A DNA stretch of 41,640 bases from contig NC_068986.1 in NCBI RefSeq assembly GCF_001194135.2, positions 7,750,770 to 7,792,409 of the forward strand, in the 5' to 3' direction. Position 1 is the stretch's first letter, and every line of letters starts with the position of its first letter. Source of the stretch: Octopus bimaculoides. Taxonomy: Eukaryota. The notes under the pieces were generated by a model. It worked only from the letters and a program-made list of their open reading frames with translations. It was not told the DNA's origin and did no database searches. This document shows, piece by piece, positions 11,726-23,834 of the stretch. A program made the translations under genes and the position numbers.

Positions 11726-12830
11726 GTGTTCTTCGTTCTCTTTGTGCATCTTTAGCGTTGCCGCTTCCGTAATTATCTTCATGATTGAATTGTTTTCTCT
11801 TCAATATTTTACTTTTTCTGCACAGTCTCTTCTCGTTTTAACGTTTATATTTCACATCATTTCGCTTTTCCAACTCTGTGTTTTCTTCTATTTATTTCTA
11901 CATTGCTTTGTTTATGTCAATCATCGTTACTTCTCTTTTACATAAAACGCAGTATTATTAATCTCCTACTACCGTGTATACGTTTTTGTTGCCGATCACC
12001 TGGACGAAATTATTCCAACGCTGGCCTTTTGTGGTTGACAGATCTAAGCAAATCTAAACTCTTCAGAGGAATGCTAAATTATTAATTTTCTCTTAATTCC
12101 TATTGATTTAAAAAAATATCTTGGTGAAATATATAGAATTTTTCATTTTTCTGCAGTAAATTCCATTCAAATATTTTTCATAATTATTTTAATCCAACGG
12201 AACACGATTCCTAGTCTTTTTAATACTTCCTCTTGTTGTGGTCGGATTTTTGCTTGTTTTAGCATTTAGTTGCACCATTATAATTTTCCTTAGTCTTTCT
12301 TGTTGTCGTCTTGAAACCAAACTCTCAGATTGTATATAAAAATAAAATCTATGTCACATTGAATTTGAGCGCATCTTAGTGATTGGACAAACGTGGAAAA
12401 CAAAATATGAATTAAGACAATTTTATATATAAATATGATTTACAGATGCCAAAATTTACCAAACTAAACTAAATCGCTATAACAGGAAATTATTGAGTTA
12501 TGACGAAAATAAATTTAAAATATTTAAAAGTTATAACAAAGATAAAGTTGTTTGAAATTTCAATGAGGACAAAAACATTTCATAGCATAAATTGGAGGAA
12601 ATTAAAAACATAAAAATTCTTTAAAAATTAGTTTTTAATCTTTTCACAGTTCAAATATTTTCATTAAGCACACTTTATAGTTATGATCATTGACAGTTAG
12701 AATGAGAAAGCAGCGATAGTTATGCTTCTTACTGTCTTGTCGAACGATACTCAATATTCTACAACCCATAGTTCTCTCTATCAGCCTTATATCCAAACAT
12801 AAAATTTAACTGTGTTCTCTCTCTCTCTCT

Positions 12831-12890
12831 CATTATCTCTGTCTTTCTCTCATTATCTCTGTCTTTCTCTCATTATCTCTGTCTTTCTCT
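12831..12890. repeat. Three exact copies of a 20-bp unit (cattatctctgtctttctct)
   Basis: Direct inspection. Confidence 0.95.
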
Positions 12891-13099
12891 CTTCCTTCCT
12901 CTCTCTCTCAGTTTTTGTCCCTCTCTTTCCCCCTATTTCTCTCCTAGTCTCCCCCTCTCTCTCTCCTAGTCCTGTCCCTCTCCTCACTTTGTTATTTTGA
13001 TACTGTTGATGTTAGTTGATCCTGGCTTTTCGTGTTCTACGTTTCATTGCTTAATGGAATCTTGTTCAGTCTAGATGGTCGACAGAGCACGTAGTAAAT

Positions 13100-14455
13100 A
13101 TCATGTTTTTGTGTTGAGCGTATCACACCACCCTGCTAAGAAACCACCTTCTGTAGATAAGGGTCCTTTAGAAACCATTCCTACCAAACAGTCGAGCCGA
13201 CACTTTCTACACTTTTCTGAATGCGTTAGTCAAATAATATCTCCAGATTCCATGGATAATCCTTATTTTTCTTTTCTCATAGCCGTTAACTTAACACATC
13301 ACAACGTATTAATATTTAAACAACATAGCTTATTACTCTCTGATACAGAAACCTTTCTTTCTTTATCTTTTTCCCTCTCTATTATCGAAAATACATTCAG
13401 AACAGAGTTTGAAATCTGCTATCCAATCATATTCATATTAGACTCTCAAATTCAACCACTTTGATCTGGAAATGCAATCAACAGCTCCAGTTACTAAAGC
13501 TCAACGTTTCCATCTCGCCTTTAAATACATCCTCACTTCTTACTACTCTCATAACAACACCTCCACCGTTTCTATTCCTGTTTCAATAATATATAACTCA
13601 ATTCTCTCCTCCCTGAAACCATCGTCTTTGGTCGTTTCAATGTTTATAACTTGCCATTTTAATGCCAGTCCAAAATCTAAATCTGTTGCTTTCTCCACAC
13701 AGTTCGAAACATCAATATCAACTGTAATGTTTGCGAATGCATCATTTAATAAACTTATTGAAAACTCGGGTAGTTTCTCGATTTACATTTGAATTCACAA
13801 TGACATCCTCATAATCTGTGAAATCGAATGAATTCCGAAAACGTCAGCAACAGGAAAGCGTCAGTAGTTGGCATTTTGTTCGTAGAGTGCGTATAAAGTA
13901 TTCGTACGGATCTTTAATATCTTTTTCACTCGCATGAGTGATATCAGAATTCCTATTCAACTTCCCTTTCGCAAATTACCAACAGGAAGTTCAGCTGGAA
14001 GGCCATTCCTGCGCTTCAAAAATAAACTAAAAGACAATCTGAAGTGATGCAACGTTCCCTTTTCTTTCTTCCTGAGAAATCAAAGCATCAGAACACAGGA
14101 CCTGTCACCAGTCTTACTTCTCCGCATTTCAAAGATTTAAGCAATGTCGACTCCAGCATCGGGACCGAATTTGTGCATGCATGAAGGCAGGCTGGCACAA
14201 CGCTGCTCCTCTAAATGGAAACATTACCTGTCATTTTGGTGTTGTAGTACGAAGCAAAGCAGGCCTTACCGTCAACTCAAGAAAACAGTTAGTAAATGAT
14301 TCACAAGCACTCAAGCAAACTGAATTCTCAACTTGTTCCATTTGCCAAAATGTTTTGCAAGGCACCAGCAAACCTCAAGAGACACATTCGTGTCCATAGA
14401 ACGCTTTATTTTACTGAACTGTCATTTGTCGTTCACGACAAGAGAATCCATCATA
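13100..14455 (+). mobile_element. Decayed RTE-clade LINE 3' region (well supported 13920-14455, weak upstream)
   Basis: DIRIPIQLPFRKLPTG..AGRPFLRFKNKLKDNLK*CNVPF..QCRLQHRDR..TCHF-GVVVRSKAGL..CSICQNV(fs)CKAPANLKRHIRVH, matching the RTE C-terminal RIPKQ..GRP..RFKD.LK motif; upstream QRFHLAFKYIL resembles the RTE xFHxRCLRxIL motif. Confidence 0.7.
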
Positions 14456-14501
14456 TGTGTGTGTATATACATACATGCATGTATATATGCGTATGTGTGT
14501 G

Positions 14502-14544
<43 letters not shown>

Positions 14545-14571
14545 TTGTGTGTATATATATGTTTGTATATA

Positions 14572-14624
14572 NNNNNNNNNNNNNNNNNNNNNNNNNNNNN
14601 NNNNNNNNNNNNNNNNNNNNNNNN
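14572..14624. other. Assembly gap (N)
   Basis: Run of N. Confidence 1.
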
Positions 14625-14679
14625 TATATATATATAATATATATATATATAATATATATATATATAATATATATATATG

Positions 14680-15130
14680 AGGTCTTAATTATATATGCTA
14701 CAGGAGCACCCAAAACTAGCTACCATTACCTAAGTATTGTACGAACATAAGTTACTTTTGCAGAAAACCAAAGTAAGCGATCCCCACAAACTATGAATAC
14801 ACAAACTCTTTCCCATTTACAAGGATTGAAAGACTATCCAGAATAACGAGACTAATATATAAGTTGATAATGAACATTACATATGTAGATTCCCACCATC
14901 AGCTGCCCAAACAGATACCACTATAGTTTCGACACCTTTCAATCCAACAACTTTCAATCCGGCAGTGTCCACAGCATTAGAAATGGAAACGCTGCTTGGA
15001 AATCCACCAGCATATGACTACAAGTAACAACATAGGAGTAAAAAAATAGTGGTAACTTTTTGATACAAAGGAGGATTCAAAACAAAGCACTTGATCCAGA
15101 AAGGACATTCAGACAATACAACAAGCGTAG
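14680..15130 (+). pseudogene. Unassigned decayed coding remnant (possible LINE ORF1 RRM-like region or a terminal exon)
   Basis: Frame 14890-15027 FPPSAAQTDTTIVSTPFNPTTFNPAVSTALEMETLLGNPPAYDYK* continues in frame as QHRSKKIVVTF, then frameshifts to DTKEDSKQ. Confidence 0.35.
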
Positions 15131-17029
15131 GCACCTCGATACTTTGCTTCTTAAGAAGCAAATGGATTTGGTCTTAATTTTAAAAAGATAAGAGAACTGC
15201 AGGGTATAATACCTGATTTAGGAACCGTTCTAATGCTATTCTAATGAAAACTATAATGTAAATTCTCAGTCACTCACTCCACTCACAATAACGCAGATAT
15301 TCATGCATAAATAACAGGTCTCAGAACACCAAAGAGTAGCAGATACAAATTAAAGTGATTCGAGGTTTATCTCTCCCTTATAACTCTTTGTCAATACAAG
15401 CTTTAGATATTCTCTTTGCTGTCTAATTATGAGGAATGCCTTTTTATATTGTATAATACAAGGGATATGCAAGAGCATATTTGAGTCAAAATAATTTAGA
15501 CCAGCTCTGTAAGCAACGAACGGGACTCCTCTTTAGATATTAGAGGTAATGATAGTTTTAATTCAGTGAGTGCTGGCTTTCGGGGCATAAATGTCTGGTT
15601 GGCTCTCTTCTCAGTGTTTCAACAATGTTGCACGGAATGGTTTTCCATTGTTACTGTTGAATAATACTCAGAGATTTTGCTAATCTTGACTCAGAGTAGA
15701 TCTCGTATCAATGTATTTAAGACAATCATTCTGTCTTCGCTTTGTGTTCCAATCGCTCTATGGGAGAATACTGAGTATAGGAGAGAATTAAGACGTTCCG
15801 TAAAGATGAGAACAAAGTAATTGGACAGCATTGCTCACAATTCAAACCACAAACATACGAAGAACGAGACACAGGCGTTAAACTGAAATACTATTTTAGT
15901 TAAAGTGATGATTAAAGGCAAATAATCAAGTGAGGGGTTATAACACTATAGAAGAGGTTGTGTATTTAATGTTGATTGGGAATTAATTTACAGAAATTGG
16001 TTAACGAAAAACGAATTAATTGCAACTTCACATATAGTTACATCAGGCGTCGGAAACAAAAGTTAAAGCGAGGTTAGCAACTTCCTACTTCAGACACCCG
16101 AGCAGCAGTGCAAATAATGTAGAAAATGTATTTTATGAAGCCAAAACAACAAAGAACAAACAAAATAAATGAGACTGTTAGTCTCAAAGGTGATTCAATC
16201 ATTAAATTATTTTTCAAATGGTATAGCAACATTATATATGTTTGTGTGGAAAGTGTGTGTATTTGTGCGTGTGTGTGTGTGTGTGTGTGTGTGCGTGCGT
16301 GCATGTGTGTGTATATGTGTGCGTATGTGTGTGTGTGTGGTGGGAGTTAAAAGCAGAAACTGCATTTTAGCTGTTGAAAAATGATTATGTCAAAGTGTAT
16401 AAAATTAACTGTTTCATTATTGCAGAGATAAGAGCTTCGTTTTAAAGTTGTAACACAATAGTAAATTTACTGCCATCCATTAACTACTTTATGTGACAAA
16501 TATTTCAACTGGTACATTTGGCACCATTAAGCAAATACAAGGACTAATTAAATCAATATAACCAATATGTAAAATGGTTGCAGATAATAAACAAGATATA
16601 ATGTTATCTCATATGAGCTGAAACAAATAATAAGACAATTTCTCACAGTAATGATTATTATTATAATGTCGTCCTTAGATTTTCACAATGGCAATTAATA
16701 GTAACGTTATTGCAATAGCATCAACTGAATCTATAGAGAACAACATTCAACCGGTCAACTCATCCGTTATCGATCATTAGGTGTGTTTTAGTCGTTAATG
16801 AATCTACTCAGATATATTAATTTGTCTTTCTTATATATATACTTCCTAAAATTGGTTTTGCCCGATTTCGTCTGGTCAATATACTTGGCAATTAACATGT
16901 CTAATATTTATATATCATACTTCACACACATACACACACACCAATACACCCACCCACACACACAATTACACACACACGCACACTCACAAAAATGTATACA
17001 TAAATGCAATTATATATATTAGATATATA

Positions 17030-17922
17030 CGGAGTCTTAGCAATAAGTATCCAGAATGTTGCCATAGTAACAAAGTCAAAGCAAGAAGAGGGATGCCGCT
17101 TGACACAGATTGACCTTGATCTCTGATGCGCATTTACACTAAGTTTTAACGTTCTAGTCCACTTCCCCTGTTTATAGCAGTGCTTAGAAATAACATGTAT
17201 AACGTGTGAGCGTCACATTGACCATGAGAGAAAACGTTGTCATGGCGATACCTGCTCAGAAGCCTATTCAAAGTTGCAGAAAGTGTATGAAGAGGAGTGT
17301 ATGAGTCGCACACAAGCATTCGAGTGGTCCAGACATTTCCAAGATGGCTGAAAAAGTGTCGATAGTGACGAACGTTCTGGGAGACCCGCAACCAGCAGGA
17401 CTGAGGAAAACATCGCAGATGTGCGTGCAGCTGTGAGGGGAAATACTCGAATCACCATCCGTGAGTTATCAGAGGATGTGCAGATTAGTTGTGGTTCAGT
17501 CCAGTCTATTATCACTGAAGATTTGGGAATGAGATGCGTGTCTGCCAAGTTTGTGCCAAAACTGCTTTCAGCTGACCAAAAGGTCACTCGGATTTCAGTT
17601 GCACAAGATCTCCTTGGTTGTATCGAGAACGATGAAAATGTTTTGACAACTTTGCGTAGTCCTCTGAGCATGTACAGACAAACTCTTGGCAAAATTTTAT
17701 GCAGATTCTTTGCTATACTTTCTCTGTCATGATCAATGCGACGATCACACGTTACACACGTTACTTCCAAGCACTGTTGCGAACGGAAAGTGAGCTAGAA
17801 CGTTAAAACTTAATGCGCATGCGCAACAGCCATTAAGGTCAATCTGTGCCGAGCGCCTTTACTCTCCGTGCTTTAGCTTCGTTACTATAGCAACAGTCCG
17901 GATACTTATTGATCAGACCACC
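17030..17922 (+). mobile_element. Non-autonomous mariner with inverted left ends; encodes only the N-terminal DNA-binding region
   Basis: TA-flanked; arms caataagtatccagaatgttgccatagtaac.. and ..gttactatagcaacagtccggatacttattg; internal TCSEAYSKLQKVYEEECMSRTQAFEW..RSGRP..NTRITIRELSEDVQISCGSVQSIITEDLGMRCVSAKFVPKLLS, stopping at ENVLTT just before the TGDE catalytic motif. Confidence 0.9.
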
Positions 17923-18010
17923 TATATATATATATATATATTGTTGCTGTTATGCAAAAGTGCCGTAAGTCCAAAACGTTGCTTTTTCAGAAAACGAAAG
18001 AATAGTTTCC

Positions 18011-18133
18011 CTATTCCATAGCAAAGCTGTTGACAACTTTTGATATCTTGGCATTTGTAGCAGCTGGAGAAACGATAGTTTGACCAAAAGAACCGGCTAT
18101 TGCAAGCAAAAATAGATATTGAAGAAAATGCAT
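18011..18133 (-). pseudogene. Short ORF with signal-peptide-like start, weak serpin helix-A resemblance
   Basis: MHFLQYLFLLAIAGSFGQTIVSPAATNAKISKVVNSFAME*; hydrophobic core followed by small residues. Confidence 0.3.
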
Positions 18134-18194
18134 TTGTGTTTGTAAGCTGCGGTTATTGATCCATAGATTTAGGTAAAGTGTGGTTACCAATTTA

Positions 18195-18800
18195 GTCAAC
18201 GATTACTCTAATTCCTTGTACACTGTATTGTGCGAAAGTTCATATAGTATCGTGCAAACATCTTGATAGTCTTTCAGAAATCCTATTAATGAACTTCTTA
18301 TTGGTCCACATAATGGACAACGATTCCTCAGAACACAATCTACATTTTCTGGAAAGGACATTGTATGGTTGTGCATGTCTTATTATGGACCAAGTGAAAT
18401 GATCTTTAATCTTATTCTCTTTAAGTTGCTCAAAATCAGCCAAAGATATCGAGTGCCTCTTGTTGATTTTATTGATGTTGGAGACGCAGTTTTTATATCG
18501 GTTCTTGAACGAATCAGCCGTTGCACCAATGTAAACGTACCCCTTGTGTATCCGGTGCACACATACAACATTGGTACCCATACAGAGGTTCATCAATGGG
18601 CATTTTGTATTTTTCTCTGCATGAGCATTTATTAGATTTAGTTGCATTTGTAGATCTGCTGATTTCATTTTCCGACACCGTTACCATGTTGGCTATATCT
18701 CTATTTTTGTTATTATTCGGACGTGGAGGCAGCAGTTGCTTCTTATTCTGCTTGGTATTGCTTTTCTTGACATTCTGTTCTATATATTTCGTATCTTTCC
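18195..18800 (-). mobile_element. Penelope-like GIY-YIG fragment
   Basis: KCSCREK..KCPLMNLCMGTNVV..YVYIGATADSFKNRYKN..WSIIRHAQPYNVLSRKCRLCSEESLSIM..INRISERLSRCLH; closely similar to 21840-22190. Confidence 0.88.
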
Positions 18801-18896
18801 TATTTGTCAAGCCGGAAGTAGTCTCCCCGGCGTAGGCTAGTTGCTCATTGGGTGGGTTCTTCGACGCTTGGTTCATTTCTCCGTTATTAATGCGGT

Positions 18897-18961
<65 letters not shown>

Positions 18962-19881
18962 TGTATGTATGTATGTATGTATGTATGTATGTATGTATGT
19001 ATGTATGTATGTATGTATATAGCTGGTTCTTTGAATATATCTAAATATACATCACTAGGATATTGGAAACAAATATTGTATTAACGTATGATGAGATGGT
19101 ATCATATGTTGCTGCATAAAAGAATATTTAACCCTTTTCAAAACTATGCGATCTTTTGTAAATAAGAGATAAATGAGCATTTTCTGACGCAACAAAAAAG
19201 GCTGCAAAAAATCAGGACTCTCGTCTTCTTTTCTCCAGTTTTCACACAACCACCATCATCGCTATCATTCGCTACTCTTTCTGCCCATCTATCTTTCTGT
19301 CTTGAAGTCTTCCATATTCTGTTTCTGTTTCACTATACACAAGACAAACAAGATGATGGAGAAATAAAGATAGAAAGATTATATACTGAAGATGGAAGAA
19401 AAACAGTGTGTTTGACGTCACGTAAACGTATTGCTCTCATCATCAATATTACTCCATTGTCTCCTCTAGATATCTGTATATTCCACTCCCCCCCCGTACC
19501 ACTATGATAGGTATAGAGAGAGAAGATAGGGATATGAAAGAGAGAATGAAAGGAGGAGGAAAAAACTGAAAGTTTGAGGTCATACACTTGTACAATGATC
19601 ATCACCATCGTTTTCCTCCGTTTTTATGTAATCATTTTTATGTCTCGCATTCTCTATCTCGCTATATTACAAAATGAAATCAGGGAAAAATGAAAGAGAA
19701 AAAGAATGTTTAAATAGAGACTGAAAGAGACATGAAATATGAGTGTTTAACGTCAGCAAAAGGCGCAACCTCCACCATCACCACCGTAGCACTCCATCCT
19801 ATTTCACTCGGTGTCTGTTTACCTCTGTCCTGATATGTGTCCGTTATTCTCTGTCTCTTCCAATTTCAGTGAAAGAGAGAA

Positions 19882-19882
<1 letters not shown>

Positions 19883-19926
<44 letters not shown>

Positions 19927-19945
19927 GAGAAAGAGAGAGAGAAGT
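19883..19945. repeat. (GA)n microsatellite
   Basis: Direct inspection. Confidence 0.95.
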
Positions 19946-20100
19946 GTGAGAGAAACGAGTAAGAAAAAGAGAAGTGTGTGAAAGAACTGAGAAACATTGA
20001 AACAACTGCTCTCTTTCAAAATGACAGCAGAGTGTTGTCTGAGAGAGATTTTTGTTATTTCTCAATAAAACTCATACAAAACTTCTCCGTGAGGAAGCAA

Positions 20101-20102
20101 AT

Positions 20103-20138
<36 letters not shown>

Positions 20139-20146
20139 AACAACAG

Positions 20147-20197
<51 letters not shown>

Positions 20198-20215
20198 TAA
20201 TGATAATAATAATGA
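20101..20215. repeat. Compound (ACA)n/(ATA)n microsatellite
   Basis: Direct inspection. Confidence 0.95.
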
Positions 20216-20714
20216 ATAAATAAATAAGTAAATGGATATGGTGGGTGTTCGTTTTGGAGTTTCTGAATATAGTCTCTCACAAACACACACACACACGAAC
20301 ACATACCCACACACACACATACACACACACACACACATGCACACACACGCACATATTCCCCCCCCACACACACACACATACACGCACGTAAATGTCAAAA
20401 TGTCTCGGATGAGTTTTTAGTCATATGGTTATAGATTTTTCGAGGATTAATGTCATATTTAGAGATGAACTATTTTTTAAAAATATCTAGAAAAATAAAT
20501 AATCATTTATATGTACCTTATATTTAATCGCTTTGATTTCCGACCCCCGTCAGCTGTCGCATTCGTAGTTGCATGCATAGCACCTTTCTAGGGTAACATT
20601 AGGTACCTTTATTCTCAAACTCAGATTGACAACTTCCATATTCATTGCTCTTCGATATCCTGTCTGGCACCTAAATAAGACCAGACAGATTATCAGAGAT
20701 GAAATTGATTGAAA

Positions 20715-20775
20715 CACGGCGGTGCACCAGCATGACCGCAGCCACTTGGCTGAAACACACAAATAAATAAATAAA
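20715..20775 (+). mobile_element. SINE family A-like 3' tail fragment
   Basis: ggcggtgcaccagcatgaccgcagccacttggctgaaacacacaaataaataa parallels the reverse complement of 38371-38420. Confidence 0.55.
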
Positions 20776-21188
20776 TAGTGTTAATACAATTTTGAACAAT
20801 CTTTCATCTTGCACAAAACTTATAATCGTAATAACATTATATACTTGAGCAAATAGTTTTATAATAGAGAAACTACAAACGACTTTCTGTAGCCCGAAAG
20901 GAAATACATTTATATTATTGTGATAAAAGATAGGTTCTACATTTAACAAGTATAACTTCATATGCTGTTCAATATTATATAGCTGTTTATAACGCCTGGT
21001 GTTTATATCAGAAATCAATATAAGTGTGTATGCGTGTTGGTGTATGTATATATATTTAATGCACCCACGAATATAATCATATACGTATATAACTATATTT
21101 GTATATATGTATATAATATATATACATATACATATACATAAATTACATATATATGCATATATGTGCATTTATACGTATATATGTGTGT

Positions 21189-21249
<61 letters not shown>

Positions 21250-21339
21250 GCATGTACTGCATGTATTTACGCATATAGATGTATGTGCTAATATGTATTA
21301 TATGTATATGAGCATGTATATACATTTAATCCATTCTTC

Positions 21340-22710
21340 CTTTCCAGAAGTAACAAGGGGTCTATATAGAGATGACACCTTTTTTTCTGAACAGAAGTAG
21401 TAAAGTACAATTAGAAAGGCATAGGAGAAATTTCTTTAGATTTATTTTTTATAATTAGGACTAAACATTACTATGGGAAAGGATCATCGTATTGTAAATT
21501 ATCTTGACACTGGATTATTTGAACCATTTCATAAGCCAAATGATCATATTATGTAGATTAATGTAGCATCCAACCACCCAGCCTCGATAATATGGGTATT
21601 AATTAAAACCATTTCTATAGGAATTTTTAGATTATCTGCTAATAATAATATTTTCGAATCATATGCAACTTATAATGCTGCTTTAGCTAGGGCTGAGTAC
21701 CGTGAAAAATTCAATATATACAAGAAACAAGCATAGCCAACACTGGTAATTCCTTCCATAGGAATACATATTGTACACCATCACAACATCACGGTGTGTG
21801 AACGGTACATATAAATGGACCGTTCGCACAATGACAGGGCCGTACGTTTACACTGGGCAGACAGCTGATTCATTTAAGAATCGTTATCGCAACCATGTTG
21901 CCAGCTTCAAGAGAATCAATAAGAAACATTCAACATCTTCGGTTGATTTTATATGGCGACTGAAAGAAGATAAAATTAACTACAACATAACTTGGTCCAT
22001 AGTAAGGCGTGCTAAGCCATACAATAACATTTCCAGGAGATGCAGATTCTGCTCTGGGGAATCCCTGTCTATTCTGTGAACCAATGAGAAGATGATTAAT
22101 AGAATTTCTGAAAGACTTTCAAGATGCCTACACGCATATAAATGTACTTTCGCACAATGCAGTGGGAATGAATTTGAGTAATTGTCAACAAAATTTACTT
22201 TAAAGTATGAATGAAGTTTAGCTTTAAGCGCCCCATTCTTATAAACACCAAGTACGCTTTGTGATCGGGGGTGCACCAAACCACACATGTGCGTATGCTT
22301 ACATTTTCGCGGATGCTTGTATGAGCGAGTGTTCACGCGCCATGCAGCTTGGATGATGGCGCTTATATATCCATATCTGTTTACGGTTATTTTTGATACT
22401 CTTCTTGCTGTATTGCGTGTTCGTTTCTTTTCTGCATCCGTGATATATTTTTGATCTTCCACATAAATGAAGATATTCCCGTTTGTTTTGCTGCTTTTCT
22501 GTTTACGAAATGAAAACATACATTGTGGAACTGTTATTTTAACGAGTTGTGTTTATTTATAACCCTAAGAGACACATCCGTGTGGGATCGATGTATCGAA
22601 ACAATGTTTCGGCCCTAGATGTATCGAAACAATGTTTCGGCCCTAGATGTATCGAAACAGTTGTCGTGATTAATAATAAAAATCCTCATATATTCCATCT
22701 TCTGTCTTCC
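21340..22710 (+). mobile_element. Penelope-like element: RT C-terminal half, GIY-YIG, 3' region with hammerhead relic
   Basis: RGLYRDD catalytic motif, VNYLD, EPFHKPNDHIM..INVASNHP, YVYTGQTADSFKNRYRNHVASFKR..WSIVRRAKPYNNISRRCRFCSGESL; many frameshifts and an internal deletion. Confidence 0.85.
22563..22665 (+). ncRNA. Degenerate minimal hammerhead ribozyme (Penelope type) with a 28-bp unit repeated
   Basis: ct-aaga core (G missing from CTGAAGA), stem II gacacatc/gatgtatc, gaaacagttgtc (near-palindromic stem III plus GUC), followed by an aataaaa signal; units start at 22590, 22618, 22646. Confidence 0.55.
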
Positions 22711-22716
22711 ATTTAC

Positions 22717-22749
<33 letters not shown>

Positions 22750-22771
22750 ACACACACACACACACACACAC

Positions 22772-23041
22772 NNNNNNNNNNNNNNNNNNNNNNNNNNNNN
22801 NNNNNNNNNNNNNNNNNNNNNNNNNNNNNNNNNNNNNNNNNNNNNNNNNNNNNNNNNNNNNNNNNNNNNNNNNNNNNNNNNNNNNNNNNNNNNNNNNNNN
22901 NNNNNNNNNNNNNNNNNNNNNNNNNNNNNNNNNNNNNNNNNNNNNNNNNNNNNNNNNNNNNNNNNNNNNNNNNNNNNNNNNNNNNNNNNNNNNNNNNNNN
23001 NNNNNNNNNNNNNNNNNNNNNNNNNNNNNNNNNNNNNNNNN
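22772..23041. other. Assembly gap (N)
   Basis: Run of N. Confidence 1.
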
Positions 23042-23325
23042 TTTATTTGCTTGCTTTTATATATTATTAGATTCACTTTTTTAAAAAAAAGTTTCCCAAT
23101 GTCAACTTCCGGTATTGATGTAAAAACGGCGAAGTCTGACGCTGTCTAATTTCAATGTTTTCATTTCAAGTTTTAATTCGCTATTTGTAAACAACTATGA
23201 TAAATTACTGAAAGAAATATTTACTAAGTTCACAAATTTAAATATTTCGTACACGTTAGTTTTTGACGTGCTTTTATTTATACGATTTTTTTCATTCCAT
23301 GTCTATTTCATTCATTGTTTGCCAA

Positions 23326-23328
<3 letters not shown>

Positions 23329-23406
<78 letters not shown>

Positions 23407-23482
23407 TTATTTATCTCTCTCCCTCTCTCTGTCTATTTATCTCTCTCTCTCTCTCTATCTATTTATCTCTCTCCCTCTCTCT
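23329..23482. repeat. Compound (CT)n/(TCTA)n microsatellite
   Basis: Direct inspection. Confidence 0.95.
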
Positions 23483-23834
23483 CACCCACCCCAGGTTTGA
23501 TTTCTTTATTACACAAATATCACGTTAAAATTTTGCAATTCAACATGGAGCGTCCAAAAAATTTGAGCATTATTTTGCTAAAACTCGCACACTTCGATAA
23601 TTTACGTAAACATTATTTATTTCTTTTTCACTTCGTGTTCAGCTCTTTGTATTTGTAGTCAGTCACACACGCAGACGTGTGTTTTTGTACGTACATTTGT
23701 ATATATTTATGAATGTGCGTGAGTGAAGGGGTGTGTTGTCATGTATATATACATAAATACATATGCATACATTTTTATGTATGCATGTGTGTGTGAGAGA
23801 GAGAGAGAGAGTGATGTCTAAGTAGCACTCACTC

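Noticed and set aside
11619-11804. Poly-Glu ORF
   Set aside because: Antisense reading of a (CTT)n microsatellite with no other coding support.
13545-13600. RNRNGGGV on minus resembling an APE endonuclease motif
   Set aside because: Flanked by stops, with no other APE motifs (ETW, GDFN, TLD) at expected distances.
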